This document shows positions 26,203 to 39,378 of a stretch of 64,000 bases of DNA, piece after piece (positions within the stretch are counted from its first letter, which is position 1; every line of letters starts with the position of its first letter). The notes under the pieces are model-generated. The model was not told where the DNA came from, did no database searches, and worked only from the letters and a program-made list of their open reading frames with translations. Source of the DNA: Gnetum montanum (lineage: Eukaryota; Plantae; Gnetophyta); contig MNCI01003042.1 in NCBI GenBank assembly GCA_015680685.1, positions 13,179 through 77,178 of the forward strand, read 5' to 3'. The position numbers were made by a program, and so were the translations under genes.

Positions 26203-27134
26203 TGATGAGCGGCTAGGTACCACTACGCCCAACCATAAGAATCACGAGCATTTACACGTGACCTGGTCGAATTCCGTAGACTGTAAGTACTTAACATACA
26301 CCAGACTCTAACCAATGAAACTTTGGGTTAAAACGGTCATTGTCTTCCTAATCTCACTTGTGATGTTCCGTTTACGATGGTTAAGTGAGACTAAGGCTAA
26401 TGATTTTTATAGCTTTTTGCATATCTTTTGGCGGCTAATTTAAGGTATGAAAGGTAAGGAATAAACTATGATCTAATCTCTAATTATCCTAACTTGTATT
26501 CTAACTATTCCTAGCATAAGTATCCGGTCCCATCTTCCAAGCACGTTCTGAGCATCTCCTAACACTTCTGGGCTACCAGACGTTAAGCGTCACTAGGTTT
26601 ACCAAGTGTTTGATTTACGTTCGAGATGGTCGTACTTAAGGCCTTTACGAACTATGAATGAATAATAATGATTAAAATAATAATAACAGAAACTTAAGTA
26701 ATTAACATGTAACTAGCAAAGCATAAATATATTAAACTACTAAATGCATAAAATAGCTAAGTCCAAATACTGCAAGGAATGCTTGAATAGTTCGTCTTTA
26801 TTGTCGTCATGCCAATGGGCTCAAATACATCAACACTCGAATAAAAAGCTGATCACTTTTCTTACACATGCTGCGGGCACTTGGAAAATATTCTATCTTC
26901 TGCAGGAACAAACTGCAAGAGCTTCACTACAACTAACTAAAAGATGCCTAAATGAGGTGGAAGGCCCTCTTATTTATAGGCCGAGAAAGGTGACTATGTA
27001 AACAGGGCCACATCGATGGGGGAAGGCCACGTCAACAGGCCCACGTCAACGCGGTTGGCCACGTTGATGCGGCCGCATATACGCAGCCCCGTATACGTGG
27101 CCCGGCCGATGCAGGACTCAAAGACACTTCATCA
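26203..27134 (-). repeat. 3' LTR of element D
   Basis: Near-identical to 38345-39256; differences are mainly transitions. Adjacent PPT at 27135-27148. Confidence 0.95.
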
Positions 27135-27148
27135 TACCCCCACGACTG
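27135..27148 (-). promoter_or_regulatory. Polypurine tract (CAGTCGTGGGGGTA) of element D
   Basis: Abuts the 3' LTR. The same motif abuts the LTRs at 2183, 8911 and 61797. Confidence 0.85.
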
Positions 27149-27385
27149 AGCAAAAACTTGTCCTCGAGTTACTATACAAATTGGAAGGTATGGATTCTTA
27201 TTTGCAACACAAATAACTAAAACACATACATCACGCACACAGGACACAACATGAATTTGACCAAGTGCCCGAGTTATAGAGGAGAACAAATCACAAAAAT
27301 GGCTGTGTTCAAAGACAAAATTGAACGCCTCGCTGATCCTGGAGCCTCTGTTGTGTAGAATGATGCACAAAATTGCTGGAGAGGA

Positions 27386-30238
27386 TCACACTGTCCCTTG
27401 GGGCGGTGGTTCTAACAGACCTTCTCCAGCCTCTAGCCCATGTGTTGGTGGCGACACGAATGACAGTTGTCTTGCGGTAGCTGCGACTTCTGGAGGTAGT
27501 TGGAAAGCCTCCAAGAGAACCCTCATCTTTTCTTCTTTGCTTCTGGGGTCATTCACAGTCCAGGCAGCTTCTCCAATGTGTGCTAGAGCTGGAACTTCCC
27601 AAGGGCATGGCAACGTTAGAAAGAGTTCTTTTAGATTGACAAACCAAGTTGCGAATTGCTTACGTTCGATGTCGAACACTCGAATTGATGCCTGCAGCTG
27701 CTGGTAGTCATTCATTCTTTGGGCCAAGTCCTCCATGACTATATGTTGTCCTTCAAAGCTTGGGTGGAGGACCTCGAGTTCGGTGTTTGCTATTGCCAGC
27801 TTCTGTTTTGTTGCCTTGTGCGCCTGGAACTCACCCTTGTATAAGGAATACGAGGCGGCCACTTGCTTTTCGAATTCTGACCATGGTCTTCTAGTTGTGA
27901 GCATAGCTAGGTTTGCATATCAAAGATTGGCCAATTCCATGTATTCTGTCATCTCCTCGATTTGCAGCTCCTTTAGGCAGATTTTTACTTTGTTGTAGGC
28001 ATTCAACCCATCAAAGATAGATGGCCATACATTGCCTCCCTCTTGAAGCTGCTGGAGCACTTGGTTCATCTTGGCTTTGGCTACTTGAATGTACTTCTCT
28101 TTTACCTCCTTCTGCAATCCCTCTTGGTCTCTGTAATAATTTTTGACTCTTTCAAATTTCAGGGCCTCATTTTTCCAAGTGGAAATCTCGATTGCAGACT
28201 TCTATCGCAATGCCCGAACCTCCTCCATTGACAAATTTCAATTTTCAATTGCCAACCTTCTTATGTCTACATTCACCCTAGCTAGCTCCTCCTACTGTTG
28301 GTGGATAAAATATCTCATGTGTTCATTCTCCGTACCAACATTACGTAGGCGATGAACTTCCGCGGCTAGTTGCACGTTCTCCTGGCGAACCTCCACCAAG
28401 TCCTTCTCTAAGTGATACGCTCGGGCGTCTGCTATGGACTTGTCGAGGATCGCTGTCTTTCGTTCATCCTCAATGACCTAAAGTTTAAGCTAAAGCTGTT
28501 GAAAAGCTTCATCTCTGGTGATTTCGTGATCTAGGATGGCTGGATCGGCAAGCTGGGCTCTTAATTGGGCTACCTCTATTGCCAAGCGCTGACAAGCATC
28601 TTGAGCAGCTTCTAGTTGCCCTTCCAAGATGATGCTCTTGCCCCTTACCGATAGCAGCTCTAACTGGGTTGCAATGATGTTGTCCAGAAGGTCAAAGACA
28701 TCCCAAAGCGGTTGCCTGGTTCCCACCAGTCGGTCCAACAGCTCTTCATGTTGGGCTACGTCAATCTGGCTATGCGAAGTTTGGCAAACACCTGTACATC
28801 TTAAAGTCCATGAATGTTTGGTATAGGTGCTGCCGATGCATTAAGAGCAGTAGCAATTGTGTCAGCAACCACTTCGGCCACAACTTCTTATCCTTGGTGC
28901 TGCATCACCAGGATCGTCGCCCCTTCACCATCTTCCAAGCAGACCAAGAAGGCATCAGCATTCCCTAAGATTTTAGGGAATAACTATTGGGTTGAGGTTG
29001 ATACATCTCGGATGCTCGGATCTATTCTGGTTGGGACTTGTGCTCGAGTAGTGGATAAGATTGGCCCTGCCCTTTCAAGCAAGCTAACTGATTGAGCCAC
29101 TTGCTCTAGGTGGCTCATGGCAAGGCGATAGACCGAAGGATCTTCTCCTCCACCAGTCCTGCCAGATTACTCTTGCTGACTCAAGAGCGTTTCCCAAATC
29201 TCACAGAGGTATTCTACTATTTTTTGCGAGCTCAGCTGCATTGTTTGTGCAGGTGGTGGAGGTGGTTGCTACTCCTCCTCTGTCTGTGTGGCAGCAGGAG
29301 TTTTGTCTTTCATCATCTCTCGCGACGAGGCAATTGGGATGTGCCGGAGTGCATCGTTGAAATATTGTGCTCTCCCTGCCCATTTGCACAATTTCCGAAT
29401 TAGGCAGGAAAAATGGGAGAGCTCATCTTCCACATTCGTTCTTAGTGAACCTTTTTTCAATTTCCAGAAACAATAGCTATGGAAGACTCATGGGAAATTT
29501 CCCACTCAAGGCGACACACACACGAGCGGAGAAGGCTGTGATTTTGCTAGGTCTTACCATTGGGTTTAGGTGGTAAGACACGATTTTAAAGTACACTCTC
29601 TCTACCGTGGTCAAGGAGCCGAATTCCTTGCGCTCTACACCATAGCACCATTGGGTCCATTGCGCTTTTACCTCTAGATCGGCGTGTTTTGGAATTTCTG
29701 CCACATCTGCCCCAGTTTTAGGCAACCCTAGAGCTTGCACTATCGCCTCTGAAGAGTAAGAGACATAAATGTCTTTGATCCTTACTCTTGACCCTGGTTG
29801 CCGATTCATCCAGAAGAGATAGGTTTCTCCTAAGTACCACTCACCATTGGTTGTGATGATTGGCCACATCGGAGAGGTCTGTAATTGGAGTCTCACATCT
29901 TTTGGAGCGTTATCGAGGAATGGTCCAAAATTTAACTCTTGGAGGACCGTCCATTGCACCTCGTGTGGCATGATAGCATCAAGGTAGGCTTGGGTCAAGG
30001 TGACTTCAAGCCGTGGTGCTATCCCAGGAGTCTCATCCCCTAGCGATTACACGTCATGAATCTCCTCTTCAAGAATCTGGTGAACAGATTCCACCTCAGG
30101 TCTTTCGCGGAAGGGCCCAGTTGCATGAGAGCCCTTCGCATACTCTGGCTATTGCACACCTCGTCCCCTTCCCGTGCATGGGCGCTTGTCCCTAGGTTGA
30201 GACAATCCTTCGTCCCTTGGTTGCCTCGGTTTGGGTAT
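27386..30238 (-). pseudogene. Extra 3' ORF (about 950 codons) of element D: basic N-terminus, plant-transposon (PF20167/PF03078-like) domain, long coiled coil
   Basis: ORF fragments 29477-29998, 29269-29460, 28490-28738, 27920-28117 and 27386-27904 form one reading path with stops and frameshifts. Start inferred as ATG>ATA (PKPRQPRD). Domain call is from motif memory (V..S...I..ALGLP; L.P...S; LI.KLC..AG). Confidence 0.8.
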
Positions 30239-32254
30239 ATACTTTCATAAGTAGTTTAAGATGGTCTGTATATACTTTCTCAATTTGACCAAGTTATGTT
30301 AATGACACAGGCACACTGTTAAGTTTCCTGAAGCATTAAGTTAGGGGTTAGGGCCAAGGTTTTTATAATTTAACAAACTAATTAATTAATTAATTAGTTA
30401 TCGTTACTTTCACAAAGGCACCACACCCCCATGACTAAAAGCATACCTCCAGGTGCTTAAAAGGGCAAGGATCGGTTGATGAGGACTCGCGACGGAATGT
30501 AGGTGCATTGGGAAGGGTTAGGCAAAAAAAATGGCAAAAAATCCCGTCAGTTTGGACTCCAAATAATGGAAAATGAAGAAGTGCGGTGGGGTATATATAG
30601 GGGTTAGGCGTTGCGTTGACGGGGCCCCATCGACACAGGTGTGTTCACTCGTTGACCAGCATTGACCAACCCTTAAAAAGCCTGAAATGATAAATTTGAA
30701 ACTCCAAATTGGGGCAGTTGAAGCATGTGAGGGGCCCAGACATGGTCAAGGACATGAGGAAGGTAATTAAACATGAAAAAGAGACAAAAATAGGAGAACA
30801 AGACTCAAAAAGAACTCCACAGGCAATAAATCAAGCGATGGGACTTGAAAACTAGGCAACCCCGAAATCCAAAGGGTGGGAGGCTTAACAAGTGGGACCA
30901 AGGAAATGCAGGTGGGTCCTCCCAAGAGCAGGTCATAGCCTTAGTAGCCCCTGCAAAGCCCTCAACACCGAGGTCCGTGGGCCCCGAGGCCAAGAAATGG
31001 TGCTCACCAGGTAAGACTCCAACCCAAGAGATCCCACCAAGGCATGGAAAGCCCATGGATAGCACGACACACTTTCACAACATAAAACAGGTAATGAGGT
31101 GAGCGGTAGAGAGAATGGGATGAAGAGAGAGACGAGAGAATGGTATTCCATTCATTGGTCACAAGAAACCCCATGTGGAGATGTGGTTAACTGACCTAGT
31201 AGAACCGTTCCAAAGTTCAGACCCAAAACCATCCACATCCAGTGATATTGCAGTAATAAACAAAGTCCCAACCATCCCCCAAGGAGGCAAGAATGACCTC
31301 ACAGAGAACCACCACTCCAACAAACATGAGAAGTAGGAAGTGAAATGGGCCAAAGTTAGAGGGAACCAAGGAAGTCCCATAACTAGTGCATGTGGCCCGA
31401 GAGAGGCAGTCTAAGGGGTGTGCTTTGAATTCCCCCACGATTCATTTTTCTTTTATTTTTTGTGGGGGAACCACACTATGCGAAGACCCATGCGTGTTTG
31501 CATGCATCCGACCAAGGGGTGTGCTTTGAATCCTCATTTTATTTGTTTTTTTTTTTGTTTTTTTTTTTTTGTTTTTGAATTTTTGAATTTTTCCAGTGAG
31601 GACCACACCATGCAAGGTCGGACTGCCTAGAAGCTTCCATGGAGAGAGACTTGGAGTGGGAGGAAATCTGTAAGGGCACACCGGCAACCCAGGGAACAGA
31701 ACATAACAACAAATAAAGTGTTCTCCTTGAAGTCACACCCGATTCAAACCATTAGGCCATCCCTCAGTCTGGAAACTACACAAGTCATACATTAATTAAA
31801 ATTTTGTTATGGTAAGGGGTTGCATGTGCTCAACAGAAGGGAAACCATGGAGTGGGTGAATGGGTGGATGACGTGAACTCACTACCAATTTTATGAGTGA
31901 AAAGTAGATGTAAAATCCAAAAAGAACCATGCGAGGGTGGAAACTAGACAACTAGGTAGATGAGTGTACATTACCCATCGCAACGAAAAGCATCCGCGCC
32001 AAACCTCTGAAGACAACAAGATGACATATTAGCAATTACATGAAAAAATAAAACAGTTATAAAGAAATGAAAAATAAGTAAAGAAAGGAAAAAATGTACA
32101 AAGAAGTTGCAAACGTATAAACGATAGTGAAAAACAAAAAAGTGTAAAACAAAAAATGATAAAACAGCAAGGGGTGTAGTGGAATGGATTAGCAGGAATG
32201 ACGGTCTCCCCCATGACTGGGTGGAAAGGAGGAGACACGAAAAATGGAGTGTGG

Positions 32255-35200
32255 CTAACCTGATGATGATGAGGTGGATGCACTAGTTGAGCAGAGTTCG
32301 CAGAGAGGTTTCAGTTGTTGGTGGTTGATTAACTATGTTCTGGTGGGATCCACAGGTTTGTAAATAAGTAAGGCCCTAGATGGGAAGGTTTCGAAGACTA
32401 TGTAAGGCCCCTCCCATAATGTTTGAAACTTGGTCGGTTGAGATACATGTGAGGGGTTCCAGTACAACACTTTATCTCCACATCTAAATGTGACCTTCCA
32501 AATCCTAAGATCGTGTCATTTTTTATTGTAAGCCTTGTGGATCTCATTGGAGGATAGGGCCACTAATCGGTTCTCATCTAGCACACTTAGATTGATCAGT
32601 CATTCACGTTGTGCTAGCAAGAGGTCAAGGCCTAAGTCAATGGTAGTGGATAGTGTCTAGAGTTCTACCTGGATTGGAAGTATTGGCAACTTTCCATACA
32701 CTAAATCATAAGGAGAGTACCCTACAGGAAGTTTCCAAGTGGAGCGATAGGCCCATAGGGCATCATTAAGCTTAGTGCTCCAATCCCTCCTGTATTTGCT
32801 GATGGTTCAGGTAAGGATCTTAGTGATCTCCCTATTGGTGACTTCGACTTGCCCATTGGCTTGGGGGTGATAGAGAGTTGTGAATTTATGTGTTACCCCT
32901 AAGCGTTGCATGAGTTTCTGAAAAGTGACACCCGTAAAGTGAGTTCCATTATCAGAAATGAGTGCACGTGGCACTCCAACCCTGTTAATGATTTGTTGTT
33001 GGACAAATCGTGCGATGGTGTTGGAAGAAAAATCAATGACGACGGCCACTTTTGCCCACTTTGTACAATAGTCCACAGCTACGATGATGTATGCCTTTCC
33101 ATGTGACAGGGGTGTGATGGATCCCATGAAGTCGATGCCCCAAATGTCAAGGGCTCCAGTGGCTGGATCCACTGTTGAGGTCCCTCTAACCGTGTCTTCA
33201 TCCCACCGTCCCTCTGGAATCATTCACAGGAGTAGGCAAACCATTGTGTGTCCCTGAAGATAGTGGGCCAATAATATCCTGCAAGCAGGATCTTAATGGT
33301 AGTGCGGCATCCAGCATAGTAGCCCCACAAGGGCCCTCATGAGCATCCTGGAGGACACGCAGTGTATCATCATTAGGGACACACCATCGAACCAAGCCAT
33401 CTACCCACACCTTATAAAGGTGGTCATTGATTTCCATGAAACGCTTGGCCTTATGGAGAAACTGTTATTTCTGCTGATGGTTCCACTCCTTAGGTAGCTC
33501 CTGGGTTGTGAGGTAGGTGAGGATGCGATTGAACCAAGGGGATTCCTTGATTGCTTGAGGATCAACCGCACCTGTGAAGAGGAGTTCATCAAGAAATTGG
33601 TTGAATAAGGGCTCCTCCTCTTCTGCATCATCCCATCGCACCCGAGACAAGTGGTCAATGACCATATTCTCAGTCCTCTTTCTATCTACCATGGTAAGAT
33701 CAAACTCCTGAAGAATCACCAGCCACTAGATAATGCGGGGGCTCACCGTTGGTTTGTTCATCAGGAACCAGATAGCACTGTGGTCAATATGCACAAACAC
33801 CTTGTATCCGAGCACATAGTGCCAGAATTTTTCCAAGGTGAACACCATTGCCATCAACTCCTTTTCAGTGGTGGTGTAGTTCAACTGAGCACCCACAATG
33901 CTACGGCTTGCACAGTGGATATAATAAGGACATTTCTACTCATCACATTGTGTAAGCACAACTCCCATGGTGAAGTTGGATGCATCCATCATAATGTGAA
34001 AGGGTCTAGACCAATCAGGGGCTCGTAGAACTGGAGTTTCTACAAGTTTTTGTTTCAGCACTTGGAATGCAGATTCGCACTTCTTGGTCCAGATGAACAG
34101 AGCATCCTTCTTTGTCAGCTCTACCAACAACTTGGTGATCTTTGAGAAGTTTTCAATGAATCGTCAGTAGTAACCAGTGTATCCAAGGAATGACCGAACA
34201 TCTTTGACGGTACTTGGTTGGCGAGTAATTCCTTGGATAACCCTGATCTTTTTAGGATCTACGCTGATCCCTATTTGTGAGATGCGATGCCCCAACACAA
34301 TGCCTTCTTGGACCATCAAATGTCTTTTCTGCCAATTGAGCCACAGATTGATGTCTACACACCGTTTGAGAACCTGCTCAAGATGGTCCAAGGCTTGCTC
34401 AAATGTGACCCCATAGGTGGAAAAGTCATCCATGAAGACTTCTACACCATTGCTGATTTGTTACTGAAAAATGCTTAAGATAAGGCGTTGGAACGTAGTG
34501 GGTGCATTGCACAGGCCAAAGGGCATCTTCTTGTATGCAAAAGTCCCCCATGGACTCGTGAAAGTAGTTTTGGCCTAGTCCTTTAGTGCTATTTGGATCT
34601 GGTTATAACCACTATAACCATCCAAAAAGCTGTAGTAGAGGTGCCTAGCCATGGTGTCCAACACTTGGTCCATAAATGGGAGCGAGAAGTGGTCCTTCAA
34701 GGTCGCCATATTGAGCAACCAGAAATCAATGCAAACCCTTCACTTGCCATCTTTCTTGGGCACGATAACGAGTGGGCTAACCCATTCACTATCAGCAACA
34801 GAATAAATGAATCTTGCCTTTAGAAACTATTCGATTTCATCTTTTACAACCTGCTTCAATTTGGGATTCAACCGTCTTTATAACTGTCATCATGGCTTCA
34901 TGGAAGGGTCAAGGTAGATCTGATGCTAGCAAACCCTGGGATCAACTCCCGTCAACTCAGGATATGACCTTGCAAATGCAGCAACCCATTTGTTTACCAC
35001 CTCCAACAACTTATTCTTCTGTTCTAGAGCAAGGGTGGCATTAATGATTACCAACTTTCCATTTTGCAAAAATGCATACTCTAAGTGAGCTGGTAAAGAC
35101 TTTAAATCCATGGGCTCTTGTTTGAAGCTCTCAGGGATTTCTAGCTGTCCCCAGTCATCTTGGTCATCAATAGTAGAGACCTGTTGATGAATCTCTTCCA

Positions 35201-38177
35201 TTTCATCTCTGCTGTCAATGTAGGCTTGTACAAGCCCCTCTGATGATTCCATGCACAATGTGCTGCTAGCTTCAGCTGTCAGCCACTGGGTGCCTTCTTG
35301 GTTAGTGGCTGCTGCGTACAAGCACTATTGAACAGGTGATTCCTCGGTACACTAGCTGCATGCTTGAATGGATATCCGCTTAGCGAACCATAATTTCTGC
35401 ACACAGTTGCACCCTAAGTCGCTGTACGCAATGCATGGAACATGTTTCTTCTCGATCTTCCCGAAAGGATTTTCCTTGGAAATTTCAAGGGATAGATCAT
35501 AGAGGCTTAATCATGCGTCCAACGTGCTTAGCCAAGCCCTTCCCATGATGATTGGGAAGTTCCCCTTACAGTTCTCTACACAGATGACCAGGAAATCAGC
35601 AAGGTAGGACCACTCACAGACAGTGGTTACAATGTCCTCCACCAATCCCAAGGGAACGGTGATGGACTGGTTTGCTAACTTGAGCCAAATGTTGCTCTTC
35701 TTTAGCGAGGGCAGGTTCCAGTTCTTGTACATATCATGAGAGATCAAATTAACCCCTAACCCTGAGTCTAAAAGAGCTATGAATGGCTCATTCCCTACCA
35801 CCTGGAGATAGATGAGGGGGCTTCCCAAATTAGTAAATTTTTGGGGAAGGTGACTTGCTTTGATCCAGTCGGTCACAGCATGCATGAGCATGACCGTCTG
35901 GACGTTAGAGTGTTGTTGTTGTTGGCTTGGAGGCTGCTCTGGCAGTGGAGTAGTGGAGGCGCTTGTAGGTTCAAAGGCACTGGCCACAGGTGTATGCGAG
36001 GGTATGTTCAAATTGTTGGGCTAGAAAAAGGGATGTTTTTGTGGCTTGGGTTCTGGTCCACACGGCTAAGGTGCCAGTTGTAAGTTAACAGCCCTCGTAG
36101 CGTTTCGTTGTTGCGGCTGTGGTGGTATCTCTCCCTGCATCGGAGGTGCAGGTGGTAGCTGAGTGGGATGTGGTGGAGCAGTGGTAAGAGAAGGTGATGG
36201 AGGATAGAAGAGATGTGGGTTTTCCCCTCAGGGTGATGGAGATTGAGGTCGAAAATACTCTGGAGGGTGGTAATGACTTTGAAAGGCCGCATGGCTAGAA
36301 GAGTCCCTTGGAGAGACTGGTTGCTGAACATAGTACCCATAAGGATCTAGCTGTTTGTAAGGGTACTACTACCTTGAAGGTGGCATTCCCCATGTTTGTG
36401 GGTGCTGCCACTGTTGGAAGTATTCATATGGTTGTGGTGGCGCTCCACTTGGATAGTATCCTTACTGCTGCTGGTGGAATTGCCTAGAATTGCCTTGTGG
36501 ATAAGGAAACTTTCAGGGTGTTTACCTTTGTGCCAAGCAAGGGTTCAATGCATACACCCCAGACTCTTGAAGATGTAACACCACAAGACAACATCCCTTA
36601 GGATGTTCATATTGGCATATGCCACATTTNTTTGCCAAAATTTCAGATGTGAACTTTTGTAACAGCAAAGTCTTTCGGCTTACCGCTACTTCCAGCGATG
36701 ATTCTTCCTCCTAATCATAAAAATGGACTTCCCTTTTTCTGAGGGAAGGATCCTGGTTGAATTCTTCTGCACTCTCCTTTTTTCTGAGTTCTCCTTCCTC
36801 CTTGGCCACTTGTTCAATGAGGCATTGCAACTGATGGGCCCTTAGCTCTTACAGTTGCCCCTAGGCATACACGTCAAGGGTCTTTCACATTTCAAAACAG
36901 ATCCCATCAATGATGTGGCGAAGCTGTGCCTGCTAAGAGTAACCATGACCAGGGCACTAATGCAACAACGAGTAGTACCTACTCATGGTGGCATCCAAGG
37001 GTTCATGATTCGCTTGTTTCCAGCCTTGGATTTGTCGTCTCAGGTTCGCCACTCTGGAGTATGTTTGATATTTGTCATTGAAAATTTCAAGCATTATACT
37101 CCATCTCTTGATTGATTCCAGATCCAAGGATCAATACCAACTTTCAGCTTCTTTGATGAGTGTGCGAGGGAACAGCTTCAGCCTTTGCCAATTATTGTCA
37201 ATATTTTGCAGGGTGCAGGTGTCATGGAACGCCGGTAGGTGGGCCTGTGGATCACAGTTGTATCCCCCTTCAAACCTGGGGATGTTGTTCATATCAACAT
37301 GCTTGATCTGGCTATCCTTTATGTGCCTACTAGGAATTTGAACTGCCTCAAAGATCTAGAGCATACTCCGGGTAGCCAACAACGGCTTATCTGAATCATA
37401 GTCCTACTGAGGACCACGATGTCTATGACGATTCCAACTATCCCTCCTTTCATGCTTGTAAGCATCACACAATGGTTTGCGTATTTCCTCTTATTTCTCC
37501 TTTTGGTCCTTCCGATCCTTTCAAACCATTTTACTCCCATCCTTTTGCTTCCTCCTACCTCGATTATGATCAAAGCCTGAGCTGGATGAAGGAGAAGGAG
37601 AGCAAGAGGATTGAGAAGAAGGAGAACGATCTCTCCCTCTACCCTAATGACGGTCCTAATCATCCTGTTCATCCTTGCTATGTAACCCTTCATCCCCTTG
37701 GAAATCTTGGCCACCTAGGTGCTTAGAATGAATCATGGATTGGAGGACCTGGTGCCCCAGGGGAAGTTCAGTTGAATGGGTGTCATGAAAGATGGGATCC
37801 CCATCATCTAGAAGCCCTTGTGAAAATAAGGGGTTACTAAATTATTTCCCCTTCAACTATTCATATTTTTCTGCCTACTGCTGATCTCTTGCTCGTTGAG
37901 CCTCATTGGGATGATAGTCCCGATAGTCATGGTCCTCCATGACATACTCTGCTCCCAGGTACTGGATGCCCAATCTTCCAAGATTGTGAAATAGCATCGC
38001 AGGGGCCAATCAGTCAGGAGGATGTACAATATTGCCCTTCATGTCCCGCCATTGTAGATGCTCATCCTGATGTAGGATGAACGTGAAATCAGGGACGTAC
38101 TCATCGGGATGCTTGTACACCACCCGACATTCTTGTGGCACTGGTGGGGTGGATATCTCTCTCCTGTAAGAAGACAT
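32255..38177 (-). pseudogene. gag-pol polyprotein of element D, stop-interrupted
   Basis: gag core IPRFEGG...RLKLFPRTL about 37130-37290. Protease ALLDSGLGVNLI about 35760. RT VFMDDFS 34433. RNase H DASNF and YTTTEKEL 33860-33990. Integrase [21 protein letters not shown] 32807-33223. WEGPY motif about 32410. Confidence 0.93.
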
Positions 38178-38325
38178 GCTGGACGTTAGATGGTCCACAT
38201 GATTGATGTACCTTAATACTAACTTTTAATCCACCTAGCGTGCGTAAATATTTCTATCCTGGGTTCGTTCCAATGACTTGAATGATAATTTCACTAAGGT
38301 TAGATGATGCATGTAAGACATATAG

Positions 38326-38343
38326 TCCTCAGCAACGGCGCCA
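38326..38343 (-). promoter_or_regulatory. Primer binding site TGGCGCCGTTGCTGAGGA (tRNA-Asp type, characteristic of Athila)
   Basis: Lies 1 nt inside the 5' LTR; two mismatches to the Athila PBS TGGCGCCGTTGCCGGGGA. Confidence 0.9.
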
Positions 38344-38344
38344 A

Positions 38345-39256
38345 TGATGAGCAACTAGGTACCCCTACGCCCAACCATACGAATCACGAGCGTTCACACG
38401 TGACCCAATCGAATTCCGTTGACTGTAAGTACTTAACATACACCAGACTCTAACCAATGGAACTTTGGGTTAGAACAGTCATTATCTTCCTAATCTCACT
38501 TGTGATGTTCCGTTTACGATGGTTAAGTGAGACTAAGTCTAATGATTTTTATAGCTTTTGCATATATTTTGGCGGCTAATTTAAGGTATGAAAGGTAAGG
38601 AATAAACTATTATCTAATCTCTAATTATCCTAACTTGTATTCTAACTATTCCTAGCATAAGTATCTGGTCCCATCTTCCGAGCACGTTCTGAGCATCTCC
38701 TAACACTTCTGGGCTACCAGACGTTAAGCGTCACTAGGTTTACCAAGTGTTTGATTTACATTCAAGATGGTTGTACTTATGGACTTTACGAACTACGAAT
38801 GAATAATAACGATTAAAATAATAATAACAGAAACTTAAGTAATTAACATGTAACTAGCAAAGCATAAATATATTAAACTACTGAATGCATAAAATAGCTG
38901 AGTCCAAATGATGCAAGGAATGCTTGAATAGTTTGTCTTTATTGTTGTCATGCCAAGGGGCTCAGATACATCAACGCTTGAATAAAGAGCCGATCACTTT
39001 TCTTACACCTGCTACAGGCACTTGGAAAATATTCTATCTCCTTCGGGAACAAACTGCAAAAGCTTCGCTACAACTAATTGAAAGATGCCTAAATGAGGTG
39101 GAAGGCCCTCTTATTTATAGGCCAAGAAAGGCAGCTGCGTAAACAAGGCCACATCGATGGGGAAGGCCACGTCGACGGGCCCGCGTCGACGTTGCCACGT
39201 ATACGCGGCCCTATATACGTGGCCCAGCCAACGCAGGACTCAAAGACACTTCATCA
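38345..39256 (-). repeat. 5' LTR of element D
   Basis: TGATGAG...CTTCATCA, followed by the PBS on the minus strand. TATAAATA about 39112-39119. Confidence 0.95.
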
Positions 39257-39378
39257 GTTGCTTATATAATCTAGGTAATATTAGCTTACATAAATTGATA
39301 CAATCTAATAAGGTTAAGTACCTTGATAATAATGTTATAGCCTTATATAAGCATCTAATTATAATAAGGTTATATGAA

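Larger units (their letters stand above)
26203..39256 (-). mobile_element. Element D: full-length Athila-like Ty3/gypsy LTR retrotransposon (13054 bp) with extra 3' ORF
   Basis: Paired LTRs 26203-27134 and 38345-39256 with TG...CA termini. Perfect TSD GTTGC (26198-26202, 39257-39261). PBS, PPT and PR-RT-RH-INT domain order present. Confidence 0.97.

Noticed and set aside
27321-29403. Plus-strand ORFs within element D as an antisense gene
   Set aside because: Shadows of the minus-strand ORF2; not conserved among the other copies.
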